Origin: a virus
Length of the DNA: 33,356 bases
IMG/VR virus record: IMGVR_UViG_3300013936_000008
Coordinates: 1 to 33,356 of that record
Reading direction: 5' to 3' (one strand)
The position numbers were made by a program, and so were the translations under genes. The notes beneath the pieces are model-generated. The model was not told the origin of the DNA. It searched no databases and was given only the letters and a program-made list of their open reading frames with translations. Positions 16,911-24,484 of this stretch are shown here, one piece after another; position 1 is the stretch's first letter, and each line of letters starts with the position of its first letter.

Positions 16911-18192
16911 CGTCGTCACCTCCCATCCTCATCTCATCCGTCCGCCCGAGGAGATAGTCCAGCGACACATCAAGCGCATCCGCTACTGAGATCAGTCTGT
17001 CCACGCTGGAAACGTCAACGCCGTAGCCGAATGGCGTCGGAACGCTGATACTGTCAATACACTTCCCGGAGAGATAGTCCGGGGCTGAAAAGCTGACCCC
17101 ATTCAGCTTGCATTCTTCACTCATTTCTAGAAAGTCCACACCCTGCGCCGTGCACGCCGCGTTCATCCGCTGCCAGAGGTCTCGGATTCTTCTGATTGTG
17201 GCGAAGTTTTCAGCCACAACCGCCGCCTTTTTCGCCGCCTTGTCGGTCTTCGCGTCAGCTCTGAGCTTGTCTTTTTTTCCTTTCATCCGCTGGCAGCTCT
17301 TTGAGCAGAACACGAGGTCAGGACAGGTGGCACAGCAGCCGTGCCCGCAGTAAGCATATCCGCGGTAACCTTGAGAGTAGAGCTTGTCCAGTATCTTCGA
17401 CTGGTTGATACACTCGCCGCCGCCTGCACACTTACGGCAGTCGAGATCCCGCAGTCTCAGAATGTCCTCTCCCATGAGCTTGGTCAGCACCGCACCGAGC
17501 CGCGACACGTGTCCGGTATACAAGTTCCGCGCACGGTTGATTATCTCTCGCTGCACGTCCTCCGGCAGCTTGGCAAGCTCAAGCGCCGCAGCCTCGTTAA
17601 GTGTGCCCGTCTCGTAATATGCCTTGCTTATGTCCGGGGCAAGACCGTCCTTGATCTGTTTAAGCCTGCCGAGCTTGCTCTTGCTGATCTTGCACGCCTC
17701 GGCAACGTGGTCGCGCATGCGGCCGGGGAACTCGACGCCCTGCTCCTTGAGCCTGTACAACAGCGCCTCCACGCGCTCCGCCTGTTTGCGCAGCTCAAGG
17801 TCTGAGATCTTGCGAGTGTCGGCATTGGCGTAGATAAGCCGGAGCTCCTGTAAATCGGCGCTGTCGGCGCACGCCTCCACGATGGCGGGGATGGTCGTCC
17901 AGCGCTCGCCGCCGTCCTTGTCGTCGCGCAGCTGCTTGAATGCGGTCAAGCGCCTGTGCCCGCTGACGACAATGTACCGCCCCGGCGCGTCCGGGTTCGG
18001 GCGCACGCGGATGGGCTGCTGCAAGCCGATCAGTTCGATGTTTGCCATCAGCGCGCCGATGTCGCTCATTGCGTAAAAGTTCTTTGCGTCTGCGCCGATT
18101 TTGTCGATGTCTATGTACTCTATCTGCTCGCGCCCCGTGCCCATCTGGGCACCGGCGTCCTTGAGCACGCTGGCGAGGTCAAATGTCGCCAT
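16903..18192 (-). CDS. parB: ParB-family protein (ParB/Srx N-domain) with a Cys-rich central region and C-terminal HTH-like tail
   Basis: MATFDLASVLK...QPIRVRPNPDAPGRYIVVSGHRRLTAFKQL carries the GxRR box of the ParB N-domain. The ATG is coupled to the parA stop (TGATG). There is a Cys cluster CRKCAGGGEC...YCGHGCCATCPDLVFCSKSC, and the protein ends ...ADALDVSLDYLLGRTDE. Confidence 0.8.
   Translation of the reverse strand: MATFDLASVLKDAGAQMGTGREQIEYIDIDKIGADAKNFYAMSDIGALMANIELIGLQQPIRVRPNPDAPGRYIVVSGHRRLTAFKQLRDDKDGGERWTTIPAIVEACADSADLQELRLIYANADTRKISDLELRKQAERVEALLYRLKEQGVEFPGRMRDHVAEACKISKSKLGRLKQIKDGLAPDISKAYYETGTLNEAAALELAKLPEDVQREIINRARNLYTGHVSRLGAVLTKLMGEDILRLRDLDCRKCAGGGECINQSKILDKLYSQGYRGYAYCGHGCCATCPDLVFCSKSCQRMKGKKDKLRADAKTDKAAKKAAVVAENFATIRRIRDLWQRMNAACTAQGVDFLEMSEECKLNGVSFSAPDYLSGKCIDSISVPTPFGYGVDVSSVDRLISVADALDVSLDYLLGRTDEMRMGGDDDA
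18137..18152. repeat. 16-bp palindrome copy 4 (GTGCCCATCTGGGCAC on + strand), inside parB codons 14-19
   Basis: Exact motif; encodes G-A-Q-M-G-T in the parB frame. Confidence 0.95.
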
Positions 18193-18980
18193 CACTGCAC
18201 CCCCTTGATGAGGCACTCGACGAAGTGCCGGTAGTCTACTGCCGCCGCGCTCCTCGGGGAGCATACTATCAGCGGCTCCTGCTCGAATGTCATGTCGTCT
18301 GCCTTGACCGTCCGGCGGATGTGCGGGAACACCGGCAGCCCGGAGGCGCGCAGTTCGTGCTCGGCGCGGACGATGTTGTCAGACCGGTACCACATCGTGG
18401 GCAGGATGCCCGCGACGCGGAGCTTGGGGTTGATCCGCTGCATGTTGCGGATCTGCTGCATGACGTTGGCCATGCCGCGCAAAGAGAATGCGTCAAGCTT
18501 TATCGGGATTACTACCTCGTCCGCCGCGAGGAGCGCCGCGGCGCTCGCCGCGTTGAATGCTGGCGGGCAGTCAACGATCATCCAGTCGTAGCTCGCCGGG
18601 CTGCCGTCGGGGCAAGCCTCGGCATGAGCTGCCAGCTCTCTGAGACACGCCGCCGAGGCGTCGCCGGTCTCCACCTTGCTCAGATCGAGGTCCATCAGGC
18701 TATCGTCCGCCGCGAGGATGTCGATCCCGGCGTACCGGCTGTGCTCGGTGCCAGCAAGAGCGTAAGCCCCGGCATCGTTGCCGCGATACCTCAGTACGTC
18801 CCCCAGCGTCCGCGGGTGCATTTTGTCCCGCTGCAAAAATTCCGTGCAGTTGCACTGGCTGTCTGCGTCCACGATAAGGACGCGCTGCTTGTGCTGTGCG
18901 GCGAGTATCGCCGCCGCGTTGATCGCGGTTGTCGTCTTAGCGACCCCGCCCTTCAGGTTACAGATAGCGACAGTATGCAT
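18192..18980 (-). CDS. parA: ParA/Soj-type partition ATPase
   Basis: MHTVAICNLKGGVAKTTTAINAAAILA... carries the deviant Walker A KGGxxKT. ATG at 18980 lies after GGGAGGG. The upstream extension in the track is Arg-rich junk. Confidence 0.9.
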   Translation of the reverse strand: MHTVAICNLKGGVAKTTTAINAAAILAAQHKQRVLIVDADSQCNCTEFLQRDKMHPRTLGDVLRYRGNDAGAYALAGTEHSRYAGIDILAADDSLMDLDLSKVETGDASAACLRELAAHAEACPDGSPASYDWMIVDCPPAFNAASAAALLAADEVVIPIKLDAFSLRGMANVMQQIRNMQRINPKLRVAGILPTMWYRSDNIVRAEHELRASGLPVFPHIRRTVKADDMTFEQEPLIVCSPRSAAAVDYRHFVECLIKGVQ

Positions 18981-19281
18981 TTTTTGACCCTCCCGGTTCT
19001 CTTTTCGTTTTCCAGCCGCTGTATTTCCCTCGCGAGGGCTCGGCTTCATCCGGCTCTCGCGTCGGTGTAATCTTGAAGCATTCGTGCCCGACCCATTCGC
19101 GCCCGAACGGCGCGCGCACGGTGTAGCGGACGCGGCAGTAGCCGTGTGCCGCGTTGATGTACTCGACCACGCCCTCAACGTCTGACGCCTGCATCCATGC
19201 CGGGCGCGGGATGCCGAGCCCCTTGCCCGCCTCGCTCCATGCCGACGGCACAAAGCGGAGCGTATCGCCTATCTTGATCAT
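18958..19281 (-). CDS. Hypothetical protein
   Basis: MIKIGDTLRFVPSAWSEAGKGLG...; ATG at 19281 lies after GAGGAGGGG; located between dnaB and parA. Confidence 0.5.
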   Translation of the reverse strand: MIKIGDTLRFVPSAWSEAGKGLGIPRPAWMQASDVEGVVEYINAAHGYCRVRYTVRAPFGREWVGHECFKITPTREPDEAEPSRGKYSGWKTKREPGGSKNAYCRYL

Positions 19282-19292
19282 CTTGCCCCTCC

Positions 19293-20621
19293 TCAAAACG
19301 GCAGCTCGTCGTTGTCGTCGGTCAGCTCCTCGAACTTGACCTGCCCTACCGCCGCCTTTTCTGCGGCGACCGCCCTGGACGCGCGGCGTATCTCCGCCTG
19401 CGTCTCGCGGTAGTTCTTGAACTTTTCGGTCAGCGTCTGCACCGCGCCGTCAAACTCCAGCTCGTACTTGGCGCGCGTGCCCTCCTTGTTTTTGGCGACG
19501 TACAACACACGGTCACTGCGGTAATCGTTCGGGTCGCTGGGGTACACCAGCAGCGCGCAGTCTGCGTCCTGCTCTATCTGCCCCGATTCCCTGAAGTCCG
19601 CCATGCTCGGCGGGATGGGCTTGCCCTTTTCCTTCTCCGGGCGCTTGAGCTGGGCAAGGGCTATCACCGTCACGCCGTTCGCGCGCCCGAGGCTGTGCAG
19701 CTCCTGTGATATTTGCGTCACCGTCTCATAACGGCTTTGCTTGCCGCCCCCCGCGATCAGCTGGAGGTAGTCGATGAAAATCACCTGATACCTCCGGCTG
19801 AGGCACAGCGCCCGGATGTCCCGGACGGTCATGCCGCCCGCGTCGATAAGCTCAAGCTTCAGCGCGGCGAGCTGCTCCGCCGCCCGCGTCAGCGCCAGCC
19901 AGTCGGCGTCGCCGAGATCGCGGTCCTTGATCTTTTTCAGCGGCACCCGGCTCAGATGACACATCAGCCGGTCTGTCAGCTTCGACGGGCTTGTCTCAAG
20001 GCTAAAAAATCCTACCCGGTACTTTTTCGCCAGCTCCGCCGCCATCTGGAGGCTGAGGAGCGTCTTGCCGCTGGACGGGTACCCGCCGACGATCATCATG
20101 TCGCCGAGCTCCACGTACAGAATGCCGTCCAGCCGCGCCATGCCAAACCGCAGGTACTCCGGGCGCGTCTCGTTTGCCCGGTCGCAGAATGTGGACGCCG
20201 CGTCCATTGCGGACACGATGCGCAGGTGCTTTTTGTCGACGAAGAGGGAGTTGAGATTGGCCATCTCCTCCTCGGCGGCGGTGTACGTCTCGGCGTAGGC
20301 CACGTTGAGCGCCGCGGGCTGTATCAGCTCCATCCGCCGCTGATCCTTGAGCATTGCGGCGTAGTAGGAGAGGTCGACGATGCCGATCGTCTCCATCTGC
20401 CGGATGATGACCTTGTACGTCTCTCCCAGCTCGTGCTCCAGCGTCACCGCGTCGATCGGCGCGCCCTTGCCGTGCAGCCGCTCCATTGCGGAGAATACCT
20501 CGCGGTATGCCTCCGTGCCGAAGTCCGCGGGAGACAGCGCGGCGAATGCCTCGCCCGCCTTGTCCGGGCGGCGCAGGATCGTGCTCAGTATGCCAAGCTC
20601 TATCTCGTCCGTATGCATCAC
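19293..20621 (-). CDS. dnaB: Replicative DNA helicase DnaB
   Basis: 442 aa with a DnaB N-domain, Walker A GYPSSGKT and Walker B IFIDYLQL, plus the ...RESGQIEQDAD motif. Confidence 0.92.
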   Translation of the reverse strand: MMHTDEIELGILSTILRRPDKAGEAFAALSPADFGTEAYREVFSAMERLHGKGAPIDAVTLEHELGETYKVIIRQMETIGIVDLSYYAAMLKDQRRMELIQPAALNVAYAETYTAAEEEMANLNSLFVDKKHLRIVSAMDAASTFCDRANETRPEYLRFGMARLDGILYVELGDMMIVGGYPSSGKTLLSLQMAAELAKKYRVGFFSLETSPSKLTDRLMCHLSRVPLKKIKDRDLGDADWLALTRAAEQLAALKLELIDAGGMTVRDIRALCLSRRYQVIFIDYLQLIAGGGKQSRYETVTQISQELHSLGRANGVTVIALAQLKRPEKEKGKPIPPSMADFRESGQIEQDADCALLVYPSDPNDYRSDRVLYVAKNKEGTRAKYELEFDGAVQTLTEKFKNYRETQAEIRRASRAVAAEKAAVGQVKFEELTDDNDELPF

Positions 20622-21376
20622 AGCACCTCCCGGCTCTCTGCCCAGCCGCCCGTGTCCGCCGCTCTGGCGGTGGGCGTTATCTCATCGCGCCAGCGCTGCC
20701 CGTTGAGCCAAGAGGACGGGTACGGTATGCCTATCCCTCGCTGCCAGTCGTCGCTCTTCTTCTGGGCTCGCAGCGCCCGGGCGATCGTGTCTATCAGCTC
20801 GTCACTCGGGCGGAGCTTGTCCCACGCCCGCACAGCGGCCACCCGGCTCTTGTGCAGGGGGTAAAAGTCGTAAAAACCTTCAAAGCGCTCCGGCTTCCAT
20901 TGCGGTCGGCTTTTGTCCTTTGACTTTTTCGTGCCGCTCGCGCTGTCCCCCTCTGGGGGACTATAGGGGGTATTATATTTTAAATTATTATTTTCTATTG
21001 GTCTCGGATTTAAATCCGAGACCGTATCGGATTTTTGTCCTATACCGGTATCGGATTTAAATCCGATACCCCCCTCGCCGGTAAAGTCATACGGTTTGCC
21101 CGTGAGGTAGATGCGGCGGCGGTCAAGGTTGACCCTGCTCTTGTCCACGTCGATTTTTATGTACCCTGCGTCCTCCAGTTTTTTGACCAGGGAGCTGACC
21201 GTGTCCGGCTTGAGCCCAAAGCGCTCCGCGAAATACTGGTTGTGACTGTAGCAGTAGCCCTCCTCGTTGATCTTCGCGGCTATCTCCGCATAGATCAGCT
21301 TGGCATTCGCCGGGAGCGCGCGGTCGTACCTGACCCGTGCGGGCAGTATCGCCCATTGACCGGTATAATCGCCCAT
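20618..21376 (-). CDS. Replication initiator / replisome organiser (N-terminal wHTH, DnaD-like phage C-terminus)
   Basis: N-terminus is ...NAKLIYAEIAAKINEEGYCYSHNQYFAERFGLKPDTVSSLVKKLEDAGYI (wHTH). C-terminus is ...FYDFYPLHKSRVAAVRAWDKL...IPYPSSWLNGQRWRDE (conserved phage C-terminus). The gene is upstream of and coupled to dnaB. Confidence 0.75.
   Translation of the reverse strand: MGDYTGQWAILPARVRYDRALPANAKLIYAEIAAKINEEGYCYSHNQYFAERFGLKPDTVSSLVKKLEDAGYIKIDVDKSRVNLDRRRIYLTGKPYDFTGEGGIGFKSDTGIGQKSDTVSDLNPRPIENNNLKYNTPYSPPEGDSASGTKKSKDKSRPQWKPERFEGFYDFYPLHKSRVAAVRAWDKLRPSDELIDTIARALRAQKKSDDWQRGIGIPYPSSWLNGQRWRDEITPTARAADTGGWAESREVL
21001..21070. repeat. Putative replication-origin iterons: three tandem 22-24-bp palindromes (TATCGGATTTAAATCCGATA type) inside the initiator gene
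   Basis: 21001-21022 is a perfect 22-bp palindrome, 21024-21045 is a degenerate copy, and 21047-21070 is a perfect 24-bp palindrome. An AT-rich tract (20965-21000) is adjacent. The repeats encode the repeated peptide IGFKSDT/GIGQKSDT. Confidence 0.6.
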
Positions 21377-21444
21377 ATATCCACCCTCTCAAAATGTTCT
21401 CGTATCAGCCGCCGAGAGATCCTCGGCGGTTGAAGCCAGCACAT

Positions 21445-21636
21445 CTATGCGGGCGTCACCTTGACGTTGCTGTAAAACTCTATGCTCTGCCAGCGGCAGC
21501 CCCAGCCGCCGGCCGCGGCGACCATCGCCGCCTGTGCCGTCGGCGCCAAAACGGCAATGGGGCGCTTGTGGCTCGGATGATATACGAGCCACCGTTTTTT
21601 GCCCGAGTAGCCGGGATAGGTCGGTGTCTTTGCCAT
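21445..21636 (-). CDS. Hypothetical small protein
   Basis: 63-aa ORF (MAKTPTYPGYSGKKRWLVYHPSHKRPIAVL...) in the early operon. Confidence 0.4.
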   Translation of the reverse strand: MAKTPTYPGYSGKKRWLVYHPSHKRPIAVLAPTAQAAMVAAAGGWGCRWQSIEFYSNVKVTPA

Positions 21637-21640
21637 CCCA

Positions 21641-21904
21641 TCACACCACCTTCATGCCCGGGTAGTAGCCGCACGTGGGTGCACCCGGTTTGCTCCGCCT
21701 CTGGCGGCTCGCCGGTCGCGCCTGCGGCGCGCGGCGAACCGTCCTCTGCGCAGCTATATAAGCCTCCACCTCGTGCTCATAGTAGCGGCAGCTCCCGCGG
21801 ATTTTGTACATCGGCAGCCCGCCCTCGGCAACGATCCGATCCAGAGTGTAGACCGTCACGCCGAGCATGTCCGCCGCCTCTGCCTTTTTTATAAGTCTTG
21901 ACAT
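21641..21904 (-). CDS. Excisionase-type (MerR/HTH_17-like) DNA-binding protein
   Basis: MSRLIKKAEAADMLGVTVYTLDRIVAEGGLPMYKIRGSCRYYEHEVEAYI matches the excisionase-family HTH pattern. Confidence 0.6.
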   Translation of the reverse strand: MSRLIKKAEAADMLGVTVYTLDRIVAEGGLPMYKIRGSCRYYEHEVEAYIAAQRTVRRAPQARPASRQRRSKPGAPTCGYYPGMKVV

Positions 21905-21905
21905 C

Positions 21906-22076
21906 TCACAGCACCCCCATCATCAGCCAGTACACCGCCAGCCCCATGTACCCCAGCACGATGCCGACCAGCAGCCAGTACTCCCAGCGGCTCTCTGCCC
22001 CGTGCAGGATGATGGCGATGGCGAGCGCGCCGAGCCCGAAGAACATCAGCCCGACCAAAAGCCTGTACCATACCAT
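21906..22076 (-). CDS. Small two-TM membrane protein (56 aa), unannotated in the track
   Basis: ATG at 22076 lies after AAAGGGG. Translation is MVWYRLLVGLMFFGLGALAIAIILHGAESRWEYWLLVGIVLGYMGLAVYWLMMGVL. The stop is adjacent to the Xis-like ATG. Confidence 0.45.
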   Translation of the reverse strand: MVWYRLLVGLMFFGLGALAIAIILHGAESRWEYWLLVGIVLGYMGLAVYWLMMGVL

Positions 22077-22082
22077 GCCCCA

Positions 22083-22523
22083 TCAGCCCCTTTCCGCGTA
22101 CTTGACCGCGAGCGCCGCGGTCACTACGTCCTCAAGATCGTCGAGGATGTCCTCAAAAAGCTCCGTCTCTCCCGCGTCGACCATGCCGTCCCGCGCGATC
22201 ATCAGCAGTTCCTTGACCTGCGGCTGTATCGTGTCTATTGCCGCCAGCAGGTCAACGACCGCCTGCGGCAGCGGCACGCGCGCCACGTCCGGCAGCGCGT
22301 CGTTGGCGAGCGCGGACTTGAGCTTCAGGTGCCAGTACCCCAGCACCGGCATACCGGCAACCTCCGCCATCCGCGCGGCGACCTCGTCGGACGGGTAGTT
22401 TCGTCCGCTCTCGTACAGGCGCACGGTGTCCGCCGTCACGCCGAGCTGCTCCGCCCAGCGCTCCTGCGTCAAGCCCGCAGTCTGACGCGCGTTTTTGTAA
22501 ATATTCGGTGAGCCTCGCTCCAT
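22083..22523 (-). CDS. XRE-family HTH protein (second early regulator)
   Basis: N-terminal IYKNARQTAGLTQERWAEQLGVTADTVRLYESGRNYP is an HTH_3 motif; 146 aa. Confidence 0.75.
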   Translation of the reverse strand: MERGSPNIYKNARQTAGLTQERWAEQLGVTADTVRLYESGRNYPSDEVAARMAEVAGMPVLGYWHLKLKSALANDALPDVARVPLPQAVVDLLAAIDTIQPQVKELLMIARDGMVDAGETELFEDILDDLEDVVTAALAVKYAERG

Positions 22524-22526
22524 TGA

Positions 22527-22745
22527 CTACGCCTCCTCCTCTGGTAAAATATCCTCAGATACGCCGTCGATGAGGTCGGCGTATGTGCAGCCGAGTATCT
22601 CCTTGCACTTGAGCACGTGTTCCAGCTTCGGCATCCTGTCGCCGACCTCCCAGTGCGCAAGCGCCGCCTGTGTCACGCCCAGCCTCTCGGCGAGCTCCTT
22701 CTGTTTCAGCCCCGCCGCGAGTCGGAGCGCCTTCAAACCTTTCAT
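22527..22745 (-). CDS. Cro-like XRE-family HTH protein (first gene of the early leftward operon)
   Basis: MKGLKALRLAAGLKQKELAERLGVTQAALAHWEVGDRMP; 72 aa; divergent from + strand gene 22810. Confidence 0.75.
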   Translation of the reverse strand: MKGLKALRLAAGLKQKELAERLGVTQAALAHWEVGDRMPKLEHVLKCKEILGCTYADLIDGVSEDILPEEEA

Positions 22746-22757
22746 GCCTGTGTCCTC

Positions 22758-22787
22758 TTGATTTGTGTTTATGACTTGTGGTAATAT
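22758..22787 (+). promoter_or_regulatory. Candidate promoter TTGATT-18nt-TAATAT for gene 22810
   Basis: -35 at 22758-22763 and -10 at 22782-22787, in the 64-bp divergent intergenic region. Confidence 0.4.
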
Positions 22788-22809
22788 CTCCTTGTTGGAG
22801 GTGTTGCCG

Positions 22810-23154
22810 ATGATGCTGGATCGCAAAAGCGTTAAATTCCTGCGCTATCTCCGCGAGCAGGAGGAAAATACAATTCGCTGTAGCATGATAGACCCTGTGC
22901 CCAAAGGATATGGGCAGAGGGATGAATATAACGCGATGATGGACTTCCTCGAACTCGGCGGTTACGTGTCCGTGCAGCGCGATAGCTCGAATAATCGAAA
23001 GAGTGTCAAGCTTGACCACAAGGGCTATAAATTCAGCGAGTTCCGCCGCATGGAGCTTTTGGAATACCTCTCCGAAAAGTGGGTTGACTTCTTCGCCATG
23101 CTCATGGCGGCGGGCTCTCTGGTCGTGTCGGTCATTGCGCTGCTGTCACGGTAG
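22810..23154 (+). CDS. Winged-helix-like protein with C-terminal TM helix (function unknown; lysogeny-side gene)
   Basis: ATG at 22810 lies 8 nt after GGAGG. Translation is MMLDRKSVKFLRYLREQEENTI...FFAMLMAAGSLVVSVIALLSR, with a hydrophobic C-terminus. GC content is visibly lower than in the structural genes. Confidence 0.5.
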   Translation: MMLDRKSVKFLRYLREQEENTIRCSMIDPVPKGYGQRDEYNAMMDFLELGGYVSVQRDSSNNRKSVKLDHKGYKFSEFRRMELLEYLSEKWVDFFAMLMAAGSLVVSVIALLSR

Positions 23155-23460
23155 CAGCAGTGCCGCCAAGGAGACGAGCAGACTGACGCATGACGCGATG
23201 ATGGCAATGAGCCGGGAGACCTCTGGCTTTTTCTTAGACGGGGTGTGCAGTGTCTCGGTCCATTCCGGATATGCGCATACCATCCAGTCGTTCGCGGCAA
23301 GCTCAAACGTCGTCGGCAGCCAGCGTTCTCTGTTGACGTATAGCTCGCAATCTGAGAAGTGATAATAACCTTCAAACTCTATCCTTGCCGAATCCCAGCA
23401 CTCGCGCTTTATGCACAGGTTTTCCTCCTGCGCCTTTGTTATCGCCTCGTGTATGTACAC
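23146..23460 (-). CDS. DUF2829 (Tad2-like) domain protein with C-terminal TM anchor
   Basis: GTG start after AAAGGAGGTG. The N-terminus YIHEAITKAQEENLCIKRECW and the later RWLPTTFELAANDWMV match the DUF2829 signature (xxEALxAxKxGxxxxRxxW ... WxPxxxDLLAxDWxI). The protein ends with VSRLIAIIASCVSLLVSLAALLLP. Confidence 0.55.
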   Translation of the reverse strand: MYIHEAITKAQEENLCIKRECWDSARIEFEGYYHFSDCELYVNRERWLPTTFELAANDWMVCAYPEWTETLHTPSKKKPEVSRLIAIIASCVSLLVSLAALLLP

Positions 23461-23614
23461 GTGCGCTCACACCTCCTTTGTCGCTCAGAAAATCCCGAAG
23501 AGGGATGTAGTTCAGGGCGGGCGCGTCGTCGCTCGCTTGACGGTCGAATGCCGTCCCGCAGTATTCACAGTGCGTGCCTCTGACTGGTGCTCCGCAGTTG
23601 GGGCAATTTCTCAT
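23372..23614 (-). CDS. Small zinc-ribbon protein
   Basis: MRNCPNCGAPVRGTHCEYCGTAFD has CxxC...CxxC. ATG at 23614 lies after GGAGGGACGAGGGGAAGG. The 3' end overlaps the next gene out of frame. Confidence 0.5.
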   Translation of the reverse strand: MRNCPNCGAPVRGTHCEYCGTAFDRQASDDAPALNYIPLRDFLSDKGGVSARVHTRGDNKGAGGKPVHKARVLGFGKDRV

Positions 23615-23802
23615 CCTTCCCCTCGTCCCTCCTCCGCTTGGTATATGTCGCAACGACATTTTATCTCTTTACGGGATTATAATACATCGCATTTTGGGAT
23701 ATGTCAAGAGGTAAATTTATATTTTTTCGCTTTTTGCAATGTCACCTTGTAATTTTTGTGTGTTTAGGTTATTGTTATACCAGCATGAAAAGGCGGTAAA
23801 AG

Positions 23803-24111
23803 ATGAATCGTATAAAAGAATTTCGCGTTGCCGCTGGCATGAAGCAGTCAGAATTGGCTGAGCTAACGCACGCAAAGCAAAGCACCGTCAGCGGTTGGGA
23901 AAGCGGTCGTAGAGAGCCAGATTTTGAAACCCTTAGCATCATGGCCAGCACTTTCGGTTGCACGATTGACGATCTTCTTGGATATGAAAAAGCGCCCACC
24001 GTCATGACTGACGGTGAGCGTAGCGTGCTTGATATTACAGCCCTCAGCCCCGAGAACAGAGACCGGCTTGAGGACTATTTACACCTCCTTTTAGATTCGC
24101 AAAATAAGTGA
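23803..24111 (+). CDS. XRE-family HTH protein (candidate CI-type repressor)
   Basis: MNRIKEFRVAAGMKQSELAELTHAKQSTVSGWESGRREPDFETLSIMASTFGCTIDDLLG; preceded by an AT-rich intergenic region of about 190 bp. Confidence 0.7.
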   Translation: MNRIKEFRVAAGMKQSELAELTHAKQSTVSGWESGRREPDFETLSIMASTFGCTIDDLLGYEKAPTVMTDGERSVLDITALSPENRDRLEDYLHLLLDSQNK

Positions 24112-24484
24112 GTGCTTTCTGCTGATTTCCCGGCGTGAGCTGCCGGAAGATCTCGTTGATGCGCGCCTGCTGTGTCAAGGGATCCTCGCTGTCGTCGTTG
24201 ATACTCTCGCCTCCTTTTTGCGTGCTTTTTACGGATAAACGCCGCCCAGAGCGGCACGGAAATATGTATCAAAACGCCCCGGACGGCGGCGGCAACCGCC
24301 GTCAAGGGCTGAGCAGTTGATGCTGTCGCTCATCTCCTGCTGTGCCTTAATATTAGCACTGATGTGTTAGGACTTTCCAGCCCCAACAACGGAGATGTTA
24401 TACCCTTTTGCGGGCTTTTTCCGCCCCATAAGGGGGACACATCAACCGGAAAACACTTTGGAGGCGGGGAAAACGGACGAAAAA

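Noticed and set aside
21406-21432. Hairpin CCGCCGAG-AGATC-CTCGGCGG between the 63-aa ORF and the initiator gene.
   Set aside because: There is no U-tract on either strand, so I cannot support a terminator call. It may be an attenuator or an mRNA stability element.
22897-22916. GTGCCCA-AAGGATA-TGGGCA: the same half-sites as the six-copy palindrome but with a 7-nt spacer, inside gene 22810-23154.
   Set aside because: The spacing is different and the right arm is truncated, so it could be chance given the GC-rich heptamers. It is not counted as a seventh copy but is worth including in a degenerate motif search.
24044-24202. Minus-strand frame with a strong SD (AAAGGAGG) followed 7 nt later by ATC. 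It encodes ...DPLTQQARINEIFRQLTPGNQQKALTYFANL, which resembles the C-terminal tail of XRE-type repressors.
   Set aside because: It has no canonical start and no HTH part upstream, and its 3' third is antisense to the XRE gene 23803-24111 and reads as nonsense. It is most likely a relic of a replaced repressor gene. I kept it out of the feature list, but it is a second SD+ATC context like the protease start.
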